Notes: generated by a model not told the origin, from the sequence alone. 64,000 nucleotides of DNA from Eledone cirrhosa (GCA_964016885.1 OZ024744.1:65348001-65412000), one strand, 5' to 3'; shown: positions 1-14,579, counted from the stretch's first letter. Numbers and translations: made by a program.

Positions 1-39
1 AGATAGATGTTAAACGATGATGATGATGATGATGATGAA

Positions 40-1190
40 AGGAAAAGAAGGTTCACAAGAAAGTAAGAAAGCAGGATGAAGAAGTCAAGAAGTTGTGTGA
101 GAAAGTAGCTCTTGAACGTTCGTCATCCAGCTCAGCTATTATTAATGATGATGATGATGATGAAATCTTCAAGTCAGCACCACCCCAAAAGTCATTGTGA
201 ATAAAGTCTACTCTCAACACCACTCTTGTTGCCACGTAGGAACAGGAGAAACTACCTGTACAACAAGCAAGTTGTTCTTACATTGCAGATTTGAAGAGTT
301 TTGGCCACAGTGTGTCTGAACTCTCAGTTTCAGTTTCCTCCCTCAACTGTTTATCGAACAAGAACCAATCACTGTAAGAGGATGGCTCATGAAATTGAGT
401 TATCCACTTTCCCACTTGAAGACAGATTCTGGTTAGACCTCCACTGGGATGGAGAATTGTTACCATCGGCTTCCTTATCCAGCTCACTCAATGATTGGAT
501 TGCAGTTTTAGTTAGAGGAAAAGGAAAGGAAGAGCTCTTAGGTGTTCTGATTACAAGAGATGGAACCAGACAACAAATTGCGGAAGTTGTTTTGAAGGAA
601 ATTCAATGACTCAAAATTGAGATAGAATAATTGGTATGTCCTTTGACACGACCACCAGTAACACTAGCAATCATCGTGGAGCCAATACAAACATTGAAGC
701 AGCTCTGAAAAAATTCCCCGTGTGCTGGCTTGCCTCCATCACATTCTTGAACTACTTTTGAAGAAAGTCTTTGAGATCGTTTCCCCGTCATCTCATCCCG
801 GTATCCCATTGTTCAAAAAGTTCCAGGAACAATGGGACTCCATTATAAGTCTCATTAGTAATACACTGGGTAATTGCTGGCCTTGTGCCTAACGTAGAAA
901 CAATTATCAAACTATCCTGGACAATGATAAACCCATGGCAAATTTTTATGTACTGCTTTATGGAGATCATCTCTGAAAAAACTATGTCAAGTTTGTAAAG
1001 CTCTCCTTTCTCTATCTTGGTGGTTGGCTATCTCCTCAGTTCTCCTCAGTCCCAGGAGCTTACCACTAGGCTTGTTGGATGGCTAAGGCCATCTATGTGT
1101 TCAAGATAGTTTTGTTCGAAGAACAACTCAAGTTTACAACACATATGTCAAGAGATCTACAAAAAGTGATTTCTGGTTATAAATTTCATT
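40..1190 (+). pseudogene. Decayed DNA transposase fragment, hAT superfamily (hATm-like)
   Basis: Frameshifted and stop-interrupted motifs LHWDGELLP, KEELLGV, GMSFDTTTSNT, HHILELL and PGAYH.ACWMAKAIYVFKIVLF. Subfamily assignment is from memory. Confidence 0.65.
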
Positions 1191-2139
1191 CATAAAAAGT
1201 ATCTTCTTTCTTTAACCCCAACACTATTGTGTATTTTGAACATATTCCTTCTGCTTATTTTCATTTCATATGTCTGTTTATCATCATATCAACAAGTCTC
1301 CCAGAGGATGAAGGGGCCATTTCCAGTAAGAAATTTTATTCATAAAAAGTGTTTCTATAACCCCAATATCATTGTGTATTTTCATTTCATTTCATTTCAT
1401 TCTGTTGTGTGGTTTCTTCATGGTATTCAGTAAAGTGAACAGAATGGACAATATACCACAAACCAGATTTTAAAAAAAACATCATAAATAAAAAAAATGT
1501 AAAAGTGTGCAACCAATAAACATTATTTGCTATAATTTGGTATACTTTGATATTTCATCAATTTGAACATAGATATAATCGACATGAGTATAATTGGCAA
1601 TGGTTTGCAAAATGAAACACCTTTACATATATTCATATACACATGCGGAGATGGGACTGTCTGTTTTCCATTGTCTTTGTCCTGTATGCCCAGTATTTTG
1701 AATTCATATTCTAAAGACTTAGCCATGTAGGCTTTTTTTTTTTTTTTTAACTATCATATAGTAGACATCAGACTGCCTGGAGTGTCTTCCTCTATTTTCC
1801 CTTCTTACCTTTTCTTCTTTGTCTGCACATTGGACAACAGTCCATATTATTCTCTTCTGTTTTACAATTTCTCTCATATATTTTTCAGTTTATGCATTTG
1901 AGATATTTGATATCAGTTGATGCATTTGAGATACTTTTTCTTCTGTATTTGTGTAAAATTGTCTAAAGGCATAATTTGTTTAGCAGTTTTGCTATGTGAC
2001 AATGTGCACTGGAATGAATGGTATCAACCTTAATTTACCAAAACTGTAGTGATTTCCAGAGGTTGACTGAGGAGATGGGACTGTCTGTCTTTATCCTGTA
2101 TGCCCCCTATTTTGAATACTTATATATATGTCATGTAGG

Positions 2140-2333
2140 AGACACGGTAAAAAGGCACCCAGTCCCACTGTAAATGTGGTTGGTGTTAGGAAGAGCATCC
2201 ATCTGTAGAAAACCTGCCAGATACGGTCCCATACTAGTGAGACAGTCACCCGATCAATCTTGCCTCAAGAGGGACAATTCCCATCTAACCCATGCTAGCG
2301 TGGAAGATAGACATTAAATGATGATGATGATGA
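2140..2333 (+). mobile_element. SINE / LINE 3' tail ending in (ATG)n
   Basis: ggtgttaggaagagcatcc...acccatgctagcgtggaagatagacattaaatgatgatg. Related copies at 21940-22140(+), ~45300-45530(+), 59346-59512(-), ~61460-61725(-), plus tails at 1-38 and ~49940-50140(-). Confidence 0.75.
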
Positions 2334-2749
2334 TATACAAGTATTTATACATATGTATATTCATATACATGCATTACACATGGATGGATGCATATGCCAG
2401 TTGCCACTAATGTAATTAATAAAATCCAGCAGTGACACTATGTCTTCCCCTATAAACGTTGTCTATATCTTGTCCAAATATAAAGTTTGGGTTGGGTTGG
2501 GGGGTCATGAAAAACTATCTCAAAATGTCATCCCTGCTATGCAAGCATGTAAAAATCAGATATAAAAATGATGAGTCACACACATCTCTGGAAAATCATG
2601 TGGTAAGAGACTTTCACGAGAGGTTGACAGCGGGACTGCAGAGAAGACATCCCCCATCTCAAGCAAGTGTTTGTGGCTTAATGGATGGTTAATATGAAAA
2701 ACAGGTTTAAACTTAAAGATAAGTCTCCAACTGAATTAAACATTAGGTC

Positions 2750-2985
2750 TTCTTCTCCCACTTATTCCTGAGAGAGTCGTGGGGGGCAGGCAGAGTCCTC
2801 AAACACTCCTTCCAACGGGTCCTGTCACAAACAACAGTCTCCAACTGATCTGATCCGGCTGGATCCCCAAACATGACCAGCCAAGCTCATGGATGTTACC
2901 CAACCATCTTGCTGAGGATCTACCCCTGGGTCTCTTACCAGTTGGTTTTGCATGTAAAATCTGTCTAGTGATTCTTTCTTAAGAC
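2750..2985 (-). mobile_element. RTE-type LINE 3' fragment (family also at ~47640-47835 + and ~62805-63235 -)
   Basis: The family encodes the RT C-terminal motif TGRRPR(G)RPRARWLDNI. The three copies align by eye. Confidence 0.75.
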
Positions 2986-3184
2986 ACTATGTCAAAATAT
3001 ACATACATATATATATATATTTTAAATATAGATTAACACACGATCAAAGATTTTGATGAAAACAGATTTGAAAAACAAAATAATTAATATTGAACCCTCA
3101 CCCACCAAAAAATTAAAGCATTTTAGTAAACAAAAAGAAAAAAAAACAACCAAATAACAAGGTGTAGTTTATGAGTATTTACAG

Positions 3185-3190
3185 TTTATT
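3185..3190 (-). promoter_or_regulatory. Candidate distal polyadenylation signal (AATAAA) for a minus-strand transcript
   Basis: tttatt on +, followed on the minus strand by a long U/GU-rich downstream tract (about 3120-3160). Confidence 0.4.
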
Positions 3191-3467
3191 GTTATTAATA
3201 CATTCACAAATGTCATTTCTCATCAATATATGAAATATTTCTATACAATATGCATCATAAGTGATCAACTATGAAATGATTGAGAGAGAGAGAGAGGAGG
3301 GTAGGAAGAAGAGACAGCCTGAAGGGCAGGGGGGAGAGAAAGACAGAGTGAGGAGGAGGAGTGAGGGAGGAAAAAATTAAAAATCAAATAAATAAATTTA
3401 AAAAAAATTTATTTTATTTTATTTTTTTTTAAAAAAGGCCATATATGGGCATGTATGCTTATTTAAA

Positions 3468-3511
<44 letters not shown>

Positions 3512-4134
3512 TTGAATGATGTGACAAAAAGCAGATTGTATTCAGCCATTAATAATGTTAAAAGCTGCAGTCTAATTCTTCTATCTTTTTTTTACCTTCT
3601 CCCACACTTCCTTCATGTATTAGTAGTGATAAGAGTTAGAGGCTAGTGTTATACATGGTTTCCATTGTAATGATATACAAGGTAGAATGAGTGTACAAAC
3701 TACAGGTGTACCCATCATATGTCTGTGTGTGTCCGTGTATGTGTGCTTGTATGTACATGTGTGTGAGTGCATGTATGTATTTATATGGCCCATCTCTTAG
3801 TGACAGAGGAGTTAGCAATGGTAGTAACAGCAGCAATGCAGTAACAAAAAAAACAAACAAAAAAAATGTGGGGAGCAGAGCCTTGAAAGGTTTTGTTTGG
3901 CCAATTAACAAAAAGAAAGAAAAAAAAAAGGGGGGGGGGGGATGGATTAAGGTTGGTAGCAGGGCAGTATGTTATTGTGTAAAGACTGATATACTGTATA
4001 GCTATTTATATTCGGCTGGCTTCTAAACTGAAACCCCCCACCATGTAACTCATATTGTTTGATAGTTAATATATATATGTATTAACTCAATCAAAAACAT
4101 TTGATAGGAACCATAATTATTGCTAAGGTATAAT

Positions 4135-6150
4135 AATAATTGTTTCTACTTTAGGCACAAAGCCAGCAATGTTGGGGGAAGGGGTAAGTCAATTAAATCA
4201 ACCCCAGTGCATTACTGGTGCTTTAGTATATCGACCCAGTAAGGATGAAAGGCAAAACTAACCTTGGCAAGATTTGAACTCAGAACGTAAAGGGCTGTAA
4301 CTATGCCACAATGCATGGTGTCCGACGCTCTGTCGATACTGCCAATCCACTACCCTAATAATAATAATGGCTTCTAATTTAGGTAATATGAGAGGCAGGG
4401 AAGTTGATTATTTTGATATTCCCTCTCCTCCCCCACACCCACACATGCTCAGTATTTGGCTGACACTTTATTTTATCAAACTCAGAAAGAAGGATGAACG
4501 GCAAAATAAGTTGACCTCAACAGGATTTGAACTCAGAATGTAATGAACTGGAACAAACACAACAAGACATGACATCTGATGCTTCAATTATTCTGCCAAT
4601 CTGGTCTGAAACTGACCCATTTTTATGAAACAAAACTGCTCATTTTTAAATTTTTGTACTTTATATTAAAACCTTCCATTATAATTCTATTTAAGAAAGT
4701 TTTGTTAAGTAGTGCTTCAAACAACTAACTGATCAAAAATTTAGTTATCTCGTTAAATTCAAATTTTCAAAATTAATACACTGTATTTCATTAGAAATAT
4801 GGTGACAAAAAGAGGGTAAAGTATAACAATTTCTTACATAGGCACAAAGACAGAAATTTTGGCAGCAGGGAAGGTTGCTTATATCAATCTCAGTAGATGT
4901 CCGATTACTTTGAGACAGGAAAGAAAGTTGATTTCAGCAGGATTTCAACTCAGACAGTAAAGAACAAAAACAAATACCTCAAGCCATTTTGGCTGATGCT
5001 CTAATGATTCTGCAAATCAACAACCTGAGATAATAATTTGTAACTTTGGCATAAGGACATCAATTTTGGAAGTGAATGTAGTTGAATATATTGACCTAGT
5101 ATAAGACTGATACTTTATTTTCTTGACACCAGAAGATGAAAGACAAAGTTGACCCCTGCAAGATTATTATTTCTAACTATGAATTTTGAGGCAGGGAAGT
5201 TATCGATCCCAATAGTTGAACTGGTACTATCCCACCCAGAAAGATAAAAAGGATAGTCAGTCATAATGGTATTTGAATATAGAATATGTAAAAGAATGTA
5301 ACTAAATACTGCAAGTTATTAGTTGCTTTACCAATTCAGCCATCCACCGCATTGGTAATAGTAGTAGTTTTTAACTTAGGCACATGGCCAGATATTTGAA
5401 GTGAAGGGAATAGTCAATAAAATTGATCTCCAGTATTCGACTGGTACTTAATCGACCTCAGAAGAACGAATGATAATGTTGACCTCAGCACATAAAGGGC
5501 CATAACTAAATGCCACAAAGGATATGGTCCAATGTTCTAACCATTCTGCAAATCCACCATCCTTTTAATAATAAAGGTAAGATAATATTCATTTCTTAAA
5601 GTATGAAATTGAAGGATACTCTAATGTATGAAATAGCTATTACATTTGTTAATTACAAAATTGTGACATATCTTTTCCAAAAGAAGGTATTAAAGTGATA
5701 AAAATTAAGTATTTGGCAAGAAAACTCAAAATAGATGTTTGTCTTGGTTTGGCAAGGTTATATCTAACATAGGCACCAGGTCATAGATTTTTTGGACAGG
5801 GTGTAATTGACTTAATCAATCCAGTATTTTACTGCTTCTGCTTTTCATTAATTTTGGAAAGCTAAAAGACAATCAACCAAAGGAGTTGAACTTAAAAATG
5901 TTGAAGGGTTGCTATAACTGAAGCCCACATGCATTTCAGCTATTTTTCTACCTAGATGAAATATTTATTTCTTACGTTCATACAAAACAATAAGCTTCTC
6001 AGGGAAAGGTGTATTTGATTGAATGAACTCCCCCAGAATAATGAAAGGCAACATTGATGATCTCAAGGGGATTTAAACTCAGAATGTAGAATAGACATAA
6101 CTAAATACTGCAAGGCATATTGTCTGGCATTCTTCTATTCCTGCCACCCT
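4135..6150 (-). mobile_element. Cluster of about 8 same-orientation degenerate tRNA-derived SINE copies
   Basis: Repeated ttaggcacaag...gatgaaaggcaaa..gacctc..caggatttgaactcaga (reverse B box) units, each the reverse complement of the copy at 58925-59116. Confidence 0.8.
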
Positions 6151-6925
6151 AGTAGTTGTAATAACAACAATGAGGAAATATTACTAACTTATGTCTCGGG
6201 AGTGGAGAAGGAAATACATTTATTTTTAGTCTCAAAATGTTTTTTTTTTTTTTTAAATTCCCTGGATTGTGAAAATTTTTAGTTATTTTTTAAGAAATAC
6301 ATAAAAATCTGAAATTCTCAAGAGCCCAAGTTATTTAAGTAAAAGTAAAATATTTTCTCTACAAACTATAAAGCCATAGAAATTAAATATCTAATGAGTA
6401 AGTAGCATTTAAACATGTATTAACAAAATAAAAAATAACAAAATAATTCAATAAATTTATAAGATTTGTTTGTGGTGGGGAATAAGAGGTTGGGGAGGAG
6501 GGTGTTATTAAACCATTTCAAAACTAAGTTTCAAAGGAGAACTGTAAAATCATTTGTTAATGGAGTTTTATATAAAGAATTGTCTTATTTAACAGTAATA
6601 GTTTGACTGTTGGTGAGTGCAAGTGTGTATGTATGTATGTGTTTTAAAACCACATGCAAAAAAAAAAAAAAAAAAAAAAAATTACATTTTATTTTTTAAA
6701 GTTTAACAAGACAGGAATTAATGTATATTAATTAGTGCAATTAATCTGATAATCCAAACTACCACTTTAGAGATATCACAAAAAGAAAATAAATAAATAA
6801 CATACATAAATCTTCCCCATTATATGATAACATGTAATTATGAGAATGTGTAATAAAGGGTGCACATTTTAGAGGAGCAGAGGGGAAACAAAAATCAGTT
6901 TTGTGGAAAAACCTCACCAGTCTCT

Positions 6926-7132
6926 TTAACCATTTACATTACTCTATATTTACTATTATATTTTCACGGTAAAGACTTTACTTCACATAATGTCGAATCT
7001 ATGAGATTTTGATATTATTTATTTTGAGAACAATACCTTAACATCAGTATGCACGGCTGGTTACAGCCAGTTTGAACAGAGAAGCGAGAGAATTCTGGCT
7101 GTATACGGCCAGTTTAAATGCTAATGGGTTAA
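6926..7132 (+). mobile_element. MITE family 1 copy (TTAA-flanked, piggyBac-like)
   Basis: Same internal sequence as 40713-40925. Left TIR partly deleted. Confidence 0.8.
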
Positions 7133-7681
7133 CATAATCCCAAAACATTAACTTTTCTTTCTCCGTAATAATGAATAGACCAAGCAGGACTGAACAGTTC
7201 TTTACTTGAGAAGAAAAAAAAAAAAAAAAAATGTAAGGAATTTTTGAATTACAATTGTTTATTTCAAATAATTTAGCAAAACTTTTTTGTTCAATTGAGA
7301 AAAACAAATTATTCCACTATTTCTTTCAAATATTGCTAATTAGAGGTAATTAGAGGTCAGGGGAGATGTTAACAACATAAAATAGAAACAAAGTAAAATA
7401 TTCTATACTTTATTATTATTATTTTTATTATGGCTTAGTGAGGAAAAAAATGCCAATACTCGTTACCTCTTTTCATGGCCTCTGAAACTGGTTGGGGTGG
7501 GGTGTTGAGTGATGAGAGAGAGAGAGGAAAGTATCCCCAAACCAGAGACCTGCCTGAATTATTACAACAGAATGAATTCTGTTAATGGTGCCCAAAAACC
7601 AGGAGACAGATTAAGTGTAGTGTACCATCAAAAAGCTCAACATTTAAAAATAAAAGCATGAGTGAATATATGAGGATAGAC

Positions 7682-7685
<4 letters not shown>

Positions 7686-7713
<28 letters not shown>

Positions 7714-7763
7714 ATCTGTATAGATATATATATATTATATCAATATATATAAAATATCAATAT

Positions 7764-7800
<37 letters not shown>

Positions 7801-7853
7801 CAATATCTATATATATATATATATATTATATCAATATATATATAATATCAATA

Positions 7854-7910
<57 letters not shown>

Positions 7911-8078
7911 GAAGTAATTCCGTCGGAAAGGTCCAGGAAAAAAGAGTGCTCTATGTAGGTTACAGAGCTTATTAGTTATGTAATAAACAACATAAGATAA
8001 TTATTTCATTTACCAACAAGATAATTATTTCAAGAAACCACTGGTAAATGAAATAATTATCTTATGTTGTTTATTACA

Positions 8079-8118
<40 letters not shown>

Positions 8119-8216
8119 CAATATAATATCAATATATAATATCAATATATCAATATATATATATAATATCAATATATATATATATATATCAATATATATA
8201 TATATATATATATATA
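7686..8216. repeat. (TG)n/(TA)n microsatellite with a ~180 bp insert carrying a perfect 43-bp inverted repeat
   Basis: Arms at 7973-8015 and 8042-8084 are exact reverse complements. Confidence 0.9.
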
Positions 8217-9220
8217 GCATTAGTGACTATATACTTACATACTACTAACTATATAATAGAAAAAGCAATAGTGTGTGTGTGTTTAATACATGTTTTATAA
8301 ATGGCACAGACACAAAAAAGCAGCTTTGTTTCAATTTAGCTGGGTTTTTTTTTAATTCAAACTTATTTGAAAACTTATTTGTTTAAAATTTCTTACAAAT
8401 ATAAAAATAAAATTCTAAAAGCATGGATGTTTTTGTTTTTTTTTAAATTGCTATCAAAAATAGAAATAGCAGATAGCATTTTTATTTGGGTTTATTTTCT
8501 TCATCATTTTCTTTAAAATTCTTTGTTGCTATCATTATCATTTCAATTATTGTTTTGTTAATACTACTACTATTAATTTTTTTTAAATGCAATTTTGGAA
8601 GGGAATCATTAAACCTATTTGAGAGTTGGTTAATTTTGGAATGGGGGAGGGAAGAGTAATTAAACATTAAAATAAATGACAGAAAGAGTTTTGAGTTTTG
8701 TTTTGTTTTTCAGCAGAGTACACACGATCTATTAAATGTGTGGAAAACTTAGAATTAGAAAAGTGACTTGGGTGAAACATATGTATACACACACACACAC
8801 ACACACACACTTATATTTACTGAGATTACTTTGCTGCTGATCACACAACTCAGGGACCAATTGCAAAACTCAGAGCAGCAACACAATTATATACTCTACT
8901 TTGGTATTCTGCAATTTTTCATCGTGTTTGCAAATCCAAACATATGTACATTATATATACAATATATAATATATATATACATATAAATATTATATATATT
9001 ATATATACAATATATAATATATATATATCATCGTTTTTACATCTGCTTTGTCATGCTTTTATATATATATAATCAATTTTACACCCATAACACACACATC
9101 ACCAAAGTTCTTTTTTTTTTAACTTGAAATTTTCCCAACACCCACACACACAAATAACTTGATATGGCTATGAAACACACTAAATAAACCAAAAAGATAA
9201 CTAACACCTAAGAGAAATGT

Positions 9221-9415
9221 TTAACCAATATCTCTTGATACCAAACTGCCCCTGGTTCTACATAAGAAACTTTATTTTTATCTAAAAGCATCCCATCAAT
9301 TTGATAATGAGAAATTTAGTTATGTTACTAAATCTTTCCAAATTCTTGATTATTTTCAAAATTATTTGAAAATCATAGACTGTCTTTCATTAGAAATATG
9401 ATAACAAAGGGGTTA
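9221..9415 (+). mobile_element. MITE family 2 copy (older, TTAA-CCC type ends)
   Basis: ttgataccaa...ttcattagaaatatgataacaaaggggtta. Related copies at ~4600-4820, 18845-19034, ~34100-34246, 36402-36796, ~45530-45711 (reverse) and 60328-60853. Confidence 0.65.
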
Positions 9416-10817
9416 GATATAAGAATATTTGCCTAACTAAATATAAATTAAACAGTAGCAATAGTAACAGTATAAAGAATTGTTTCAGAGATTGATCAAG
9501 TTACCAACATATACATACATATTAAGGCATTGCAATTTGTCTCCACTCAACTGATGAACCAAATCACATACATGTAGACTTATATCACATAGCCAGCTGT
9601 AATCTAGGGGGGGGGGGAGCTAGAGAGTCAGTTTGGCAGCGCTTTCTTTTAAAATTTCTTGGACCCATCTCTTGTTGGGTAATGCAGCACATACAGATTT
9701 TATTTTTAAAGAAGTTAAAAGTAATGAATGAACATTATGAGAGTGAGAAAAAAATTAAGAGGACACATGCAGTATTAAACAGGTTCATTACTATATATGA
9801 AGTATTTCTTGTAGGTATAATTTAAATAATATTCAAACCAATTTTTGGCATTTAACAACAGAAAAATAACAAAAAATTTATGTAAATTGAGTTTCAAGGC
9901 AGTTTTGAAAACATTGTGACAATATTATAAACATTTTTTTAAGGACTAAAAGCCCAGGAGGCATATGAAAAAATAAAAGCTAGTGTTTTATAAAAAATGT
10001 TTAGTCTTGAAAGACTTTCACTAAAAGCTTTCTTTTATTTGTTCAAACTTCACCTCTAGTTTCTTTGACCATTAACTAAAGAATTTCTGGCATAGAAAAG
10101 AATATTACACTCATTCACTGATGAAAGTGTTAAGACTGAACATTAAGAATGTTAGATTTTATTTCTTCATATGCACTGCCTGGGCTTTTGAGTCATTTTA
10201 AAAACTAAAAATTTAATTATATCTTAAAGATACATAAATATTGCCAAAACTGGTAATCTTTGTAATAAATGTTTGCAGTTAGAAATCTTTAAATTAACAT
10301 GAAAATAAAACCCTTTATAGAAACTGATACTAACAAAAATGTAAAAAAAACAACATTACTATTACTTTTAGTAAAGTAATAGTAATGTAAAAGTAAGACA
10401 TTGGAATAATAGATATTTTAGAATCATCTCATCTGCAATAAAAAAAACCTACTACCTTATAATAAAGACCAGATTCTTGACCAAGGAACAAAGTACATTA
10501 CGAAAAGCTTGTTTCAGAACAATTTCATTAAATATAAAAGAAGGTGGCAATTAACATATGTGTGTGTGCATTTATAATTATTGTTTATGACAAAATAACT
10601 GCCCAAGAAATTTAAAGAAACAAACCAAAAATAATGGAAATGTATCGAGAAGGAATAGGCTAAGCAGTTGATAAATTAAAGAAACGGATTTATTGGATTC
10701 TTAGCATGGAAATGACAAGCAGAAACATGCACACCACACATGTATGTGTGTGTGTTAAAGTGATGGTATTACTTTGAGAGATGTTCAAAGAATATGGTAT
10801 TGTTGTATATTTCTACA

Positions 10818-10875
<58 letters not shown>

Positions 10876-10919
10876 CACACACACACAATCATTTATATGC
10901 ATATATTTACATATATATG

Positions 10920-11260
10920 TAGGACCTGCATCGTTCTGATGACAAGTGCTCTACTTGATTCAATCAACAGAACTGCCTGCTTGTAAAATTAACACGTCTG
11001 GCATGGACAGCCCGTCTGATAATGAAGTGACTGAGCATTCCACACACATACATGTGCACCCATAACATAGTCCTCAGGAAGATTCAGTGTGATAAGGCTG
11101 GCCCATTGGATTACAGGTACAACTCATTTTTACCATTTGAGTGGACTGAAGCAACATGAAATACAGCCTCTTACTCAAAGACAATGTGCTGTCCAGTCCG
11201 AGAACTTAACTCATGCCTTTACAATCATGAGCTGAACACCCTAACCACTAAGCCACACGC
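10920..11260 (-). mobile_element. tRNA-derived SINE (second family)
   Basis: Minus strand begins gcgtgtggcttagtggttagggtgttc (A box). Related heads at ~19895-20080(+) and ~36550-36750(-). Confidence 0.7.
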
Positions 11261-11354
11261 ATATATATATTTTCACACACACACACATATTTACACCTAT
11301 TTATATAAAGATTCAACTTGAACTACCAATCAACTAAAACTAAGGTGTATGTAT

Positions 11355-11393
<39 letters not shown>

Positions 11394-11914
11394 TTGTAAT
11401 TTTGAAGTTCATTCTGGTGGCATGCAGAAAATAGGGTTTCCATGCACACAAGTAATCCAAGTAAAAAATAATGCATTTACTACAAGCAAAATATAATTGT
11501 TTGTGATGCAGCCAATATGTGAATCCTTAAAAAAAGGGATCTTACAAACAATGCAACTAATTACCACATACCAGTAGACTTAAAAAGGAAACATACCCCC
11601 CCCCCCCAAAAAAAAAACAACAATATTTAAAGAGTTTTAATATGATTGGCATGGATTTGGAAATGTTATTTGTGTTTAAGCTGATAAATGACAAAGCAGT
11701 ATCAGCAAGATATTATAATAGAATGGATGTTAGCAGAAACATCATTGAAGTGGAACTTAACAATTCTTAAAGATAACCTAAATTAACTTTCAGGCTTCAA
11801 AAGATTAACTCTTAACTGAATGGAAGATTAAATATTGTGTTCACTGAGGGAAGATCTTTTTCTTTTTTTGTTCTAAAAAAAAAAAAAAAAAAAAGAAAGG
11901 CAAATAATGATAAT

Positions 11915-12132
11915 AATGCTTCCTTAATTTAGGCACAAGGCCAGCAATTTTTTCCGGGGAGGGTAAAATTGATCAAATCATCCACAGTACTTGACTGGTA
12001 CTTTACCGACCACAGAGAGATAAAAAGGCAAAGATACCATGGCAGGATTTGAAATCTGTACATAAAGGGTCGTAACTAAATGCTGCAAAGCATTTTGTCC
12101 AACACTAATGATTTTGTTGATCCACTGCCCTA
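11915..12132 (-). mobile_element. tRNA-derived SINE copy (same family as 58925-59116)
   Basis: ttaggcacaaggccagcaat...ggcaggatttgaa...tccactgccc. Other copies at ~13810-14020(-), ~34450-34625(+), ~42500-42750(+) and ~63875-63947(+, 3' half). Confidence 0.75.
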
Positions 12133-12885
12133 ATAAAATAAGGAAAAATATAAGTCAGTCCAACCAACAAACGTTTAAGCCTAACAATGCAAGAACTAAG
12201 AATGTGTACAGAATATCTGAGAATGTTGAGACTTGATGAGCATTTAGTAATGAGCAACTAAAACATGTGTTCATAGAAAAGCTTAATTTTATTTTAAGTT
12301 ATCACCATAATTAGTGTTCTTCTAACAGTCATTAAAACAAAACAGTAAAAAAAAATGAAAAAAAAATAAAGAATGACAATAAAAGTAGTAGTGGCTATCA
12401 GTTTTTTTTCTTTTTCTATTTTTATATATTAATATTTTTCTTAGCAAATAGCACCAATTCAATAATGTATCCCAAAAACTTGTATGGGATTCATGGCAGG
12501 AAGTATATAATGGTATCACATAACAGTTATAGTAAACAGAAGTAGTAGTAGTAAGTAGGAGATAATAAATGAAATAAATTAACTAATAATTACACAGGAA
12601 ATAATAAATCTTGAGAAAAGGAAATCATTATACACACCAAAGTAGTGCTTAATATAAATATCAAATATTAACTATAAATAAAAAGAAAATTAATTTACAT
12701 TAATATCAATATTAAATTATATAAAAAAATAACAATTTATAAATTTAATATCAATGATGTTAACTATAAAAATACATTCAACCCAAAAACTCTCCACCCC
12801 AAAGAAAAAAAAAACAACAAACAAACAAAAGAGAAATTAAAAAAGAAAAGAAAAGAAAGAAGAATTCTACAATTTGTTTTCGGGA

Positions 12886-12891
12886 TTTATT
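12886..12891 (-). promoter_or_regulatory. Candidate polyadenylation signal (AATAAA) for a minus-strand transcript
   Basis: tttatt on +, followed on the minus strand by a long U/GU-rich tract (about 12800-12865). Confidence 0.35.
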
Positions 12892-13204
12892 TACAAACTT
12901 GGTCTTCATGTCTTCAAAACAAAACAGACACAATTACTCACAGAAAAGTTTTCAATGTTTACAGCATAGAAGAAACTAGTTTCTAATGACTTAAGACATC
13001 TGCTGTCAAACTGAACCTGACTCAAAGTAGTAGCTGTTCACTAGTGTATTGATTGTTTGGCAGCACTCAGCTTGGTCTTATATTAATTTCACCCTCAACT
13101 ACAACTTAGACCACAACAATACATTATTAGGATATTTACATATTCGAAGACCTAAGCAGAATACCACAGCTTACTTAATCCTTCACCATTCTATACTCAT
13201 TTTT

Positions 13205-13238
13205 ATATTCTATATACATATATACGTGTGTGTATGTG

Positions 13239-13271
<33 letters not shown>

Positions 13272-13400
13272 GTATATATATGTATGTATATATATGTACG
13301 TATATATATACACACACACATATGTATGTATATATACACACACACAGATATATATATGTATATATATATATACATATATGTATATATATACACACACATA

Positions 13401-13444
<44 letters not shown>

Positions 13445-13511
13445 TTTGTATCATCATCATACGTGTATATATATATACACACACATTTATTTCCTTTCTC
13501 TTTTCTATGGA

Positions 13512-13550
<39 letters not shown>
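13205..13550. repeat. (TA)n/(CA)n compound microsatellite
   Basis: Direct reading. Confidence 0.95.
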
Positions 13551-13551
<1 letters not shown>

Positions 13552-14579
13552 CGTGAAAAGAGTCGGTCATCTTTTATTTTAAGGTAGAAACCAGAACTAC
13601 AACACAACCACACTAAATCAACAATTTACTATTTCTCATTTAGGTAATAATAATTTACAAATTAGACACGGGATCCTAGACAGTTCAAGTAAGTGTCATC
13701 TCGTTTGCCCAAGGATAGAATACAACACTAAACAGTGAGATAGTACTTATGACATCAGAACTCAAGTGTTTGATACCTTATATAATAGCTTCACCATCAA
13801 GTATATAATAATTTTTTCTAGTATTGGCACAAAACGTCCAATTTATGGGAAGGGGTAAGTTAATTATATTGATCTCAGTACTGAACTGGTACTTTATTTT
13901 ATTGACTCTTGGAAGGATGAAAGGCAAAGGTTGACATTAGTGGGATTTGAATTAAGAACGTAGAGGGATGTAACTATATTCCACAAAACATTTCACCCAA
14001 CACTACAGATAGTCAATCCAAAGATAACTGGTATAACCAATATTGATGCAATGATCAACTTTCACATTAACAACAAAATATAGGTTTCTAAGACTAAGAC
14101 AGTTACAATTAAACCAACTTTACCCTATTAAATATGCCTCTGTGTTTGTGTGCATGTGTGAATGCAGGTTCCATCCCATAATAATAATAAAAATAATAAT
14201 TTTAATGAATAAATAATCAATGATAGTTTTAAGGTCTATTTATTTAAACTTTTCATTAAACGCTAAAATATTTTTTCTATGTGAATTTTATAAAAAAAAT
14301 AAATAAAAAAAATTGCAATTTGAAATGCAGGTATAGAATTAAAGAACCAAGAGATTATATGTGATGTATGTTTTCTTTCTTATGAGGAATAAATGAAAAC
14401 AACAAGAGGTCCATGGTTGAAATATCAGTAACATGTAAAAGTTATCTCAGGAGGTTCCAGCAGTTTTAAAGATACACAATCCCCATTATAACATGTAGAA
14501 TTCTACAAATATGGTTTCATGAACAGGTGTTGTTGATGCCAGTGTTTGTGAGACAGAGACAGAGAGAGAGAGAGAATAT

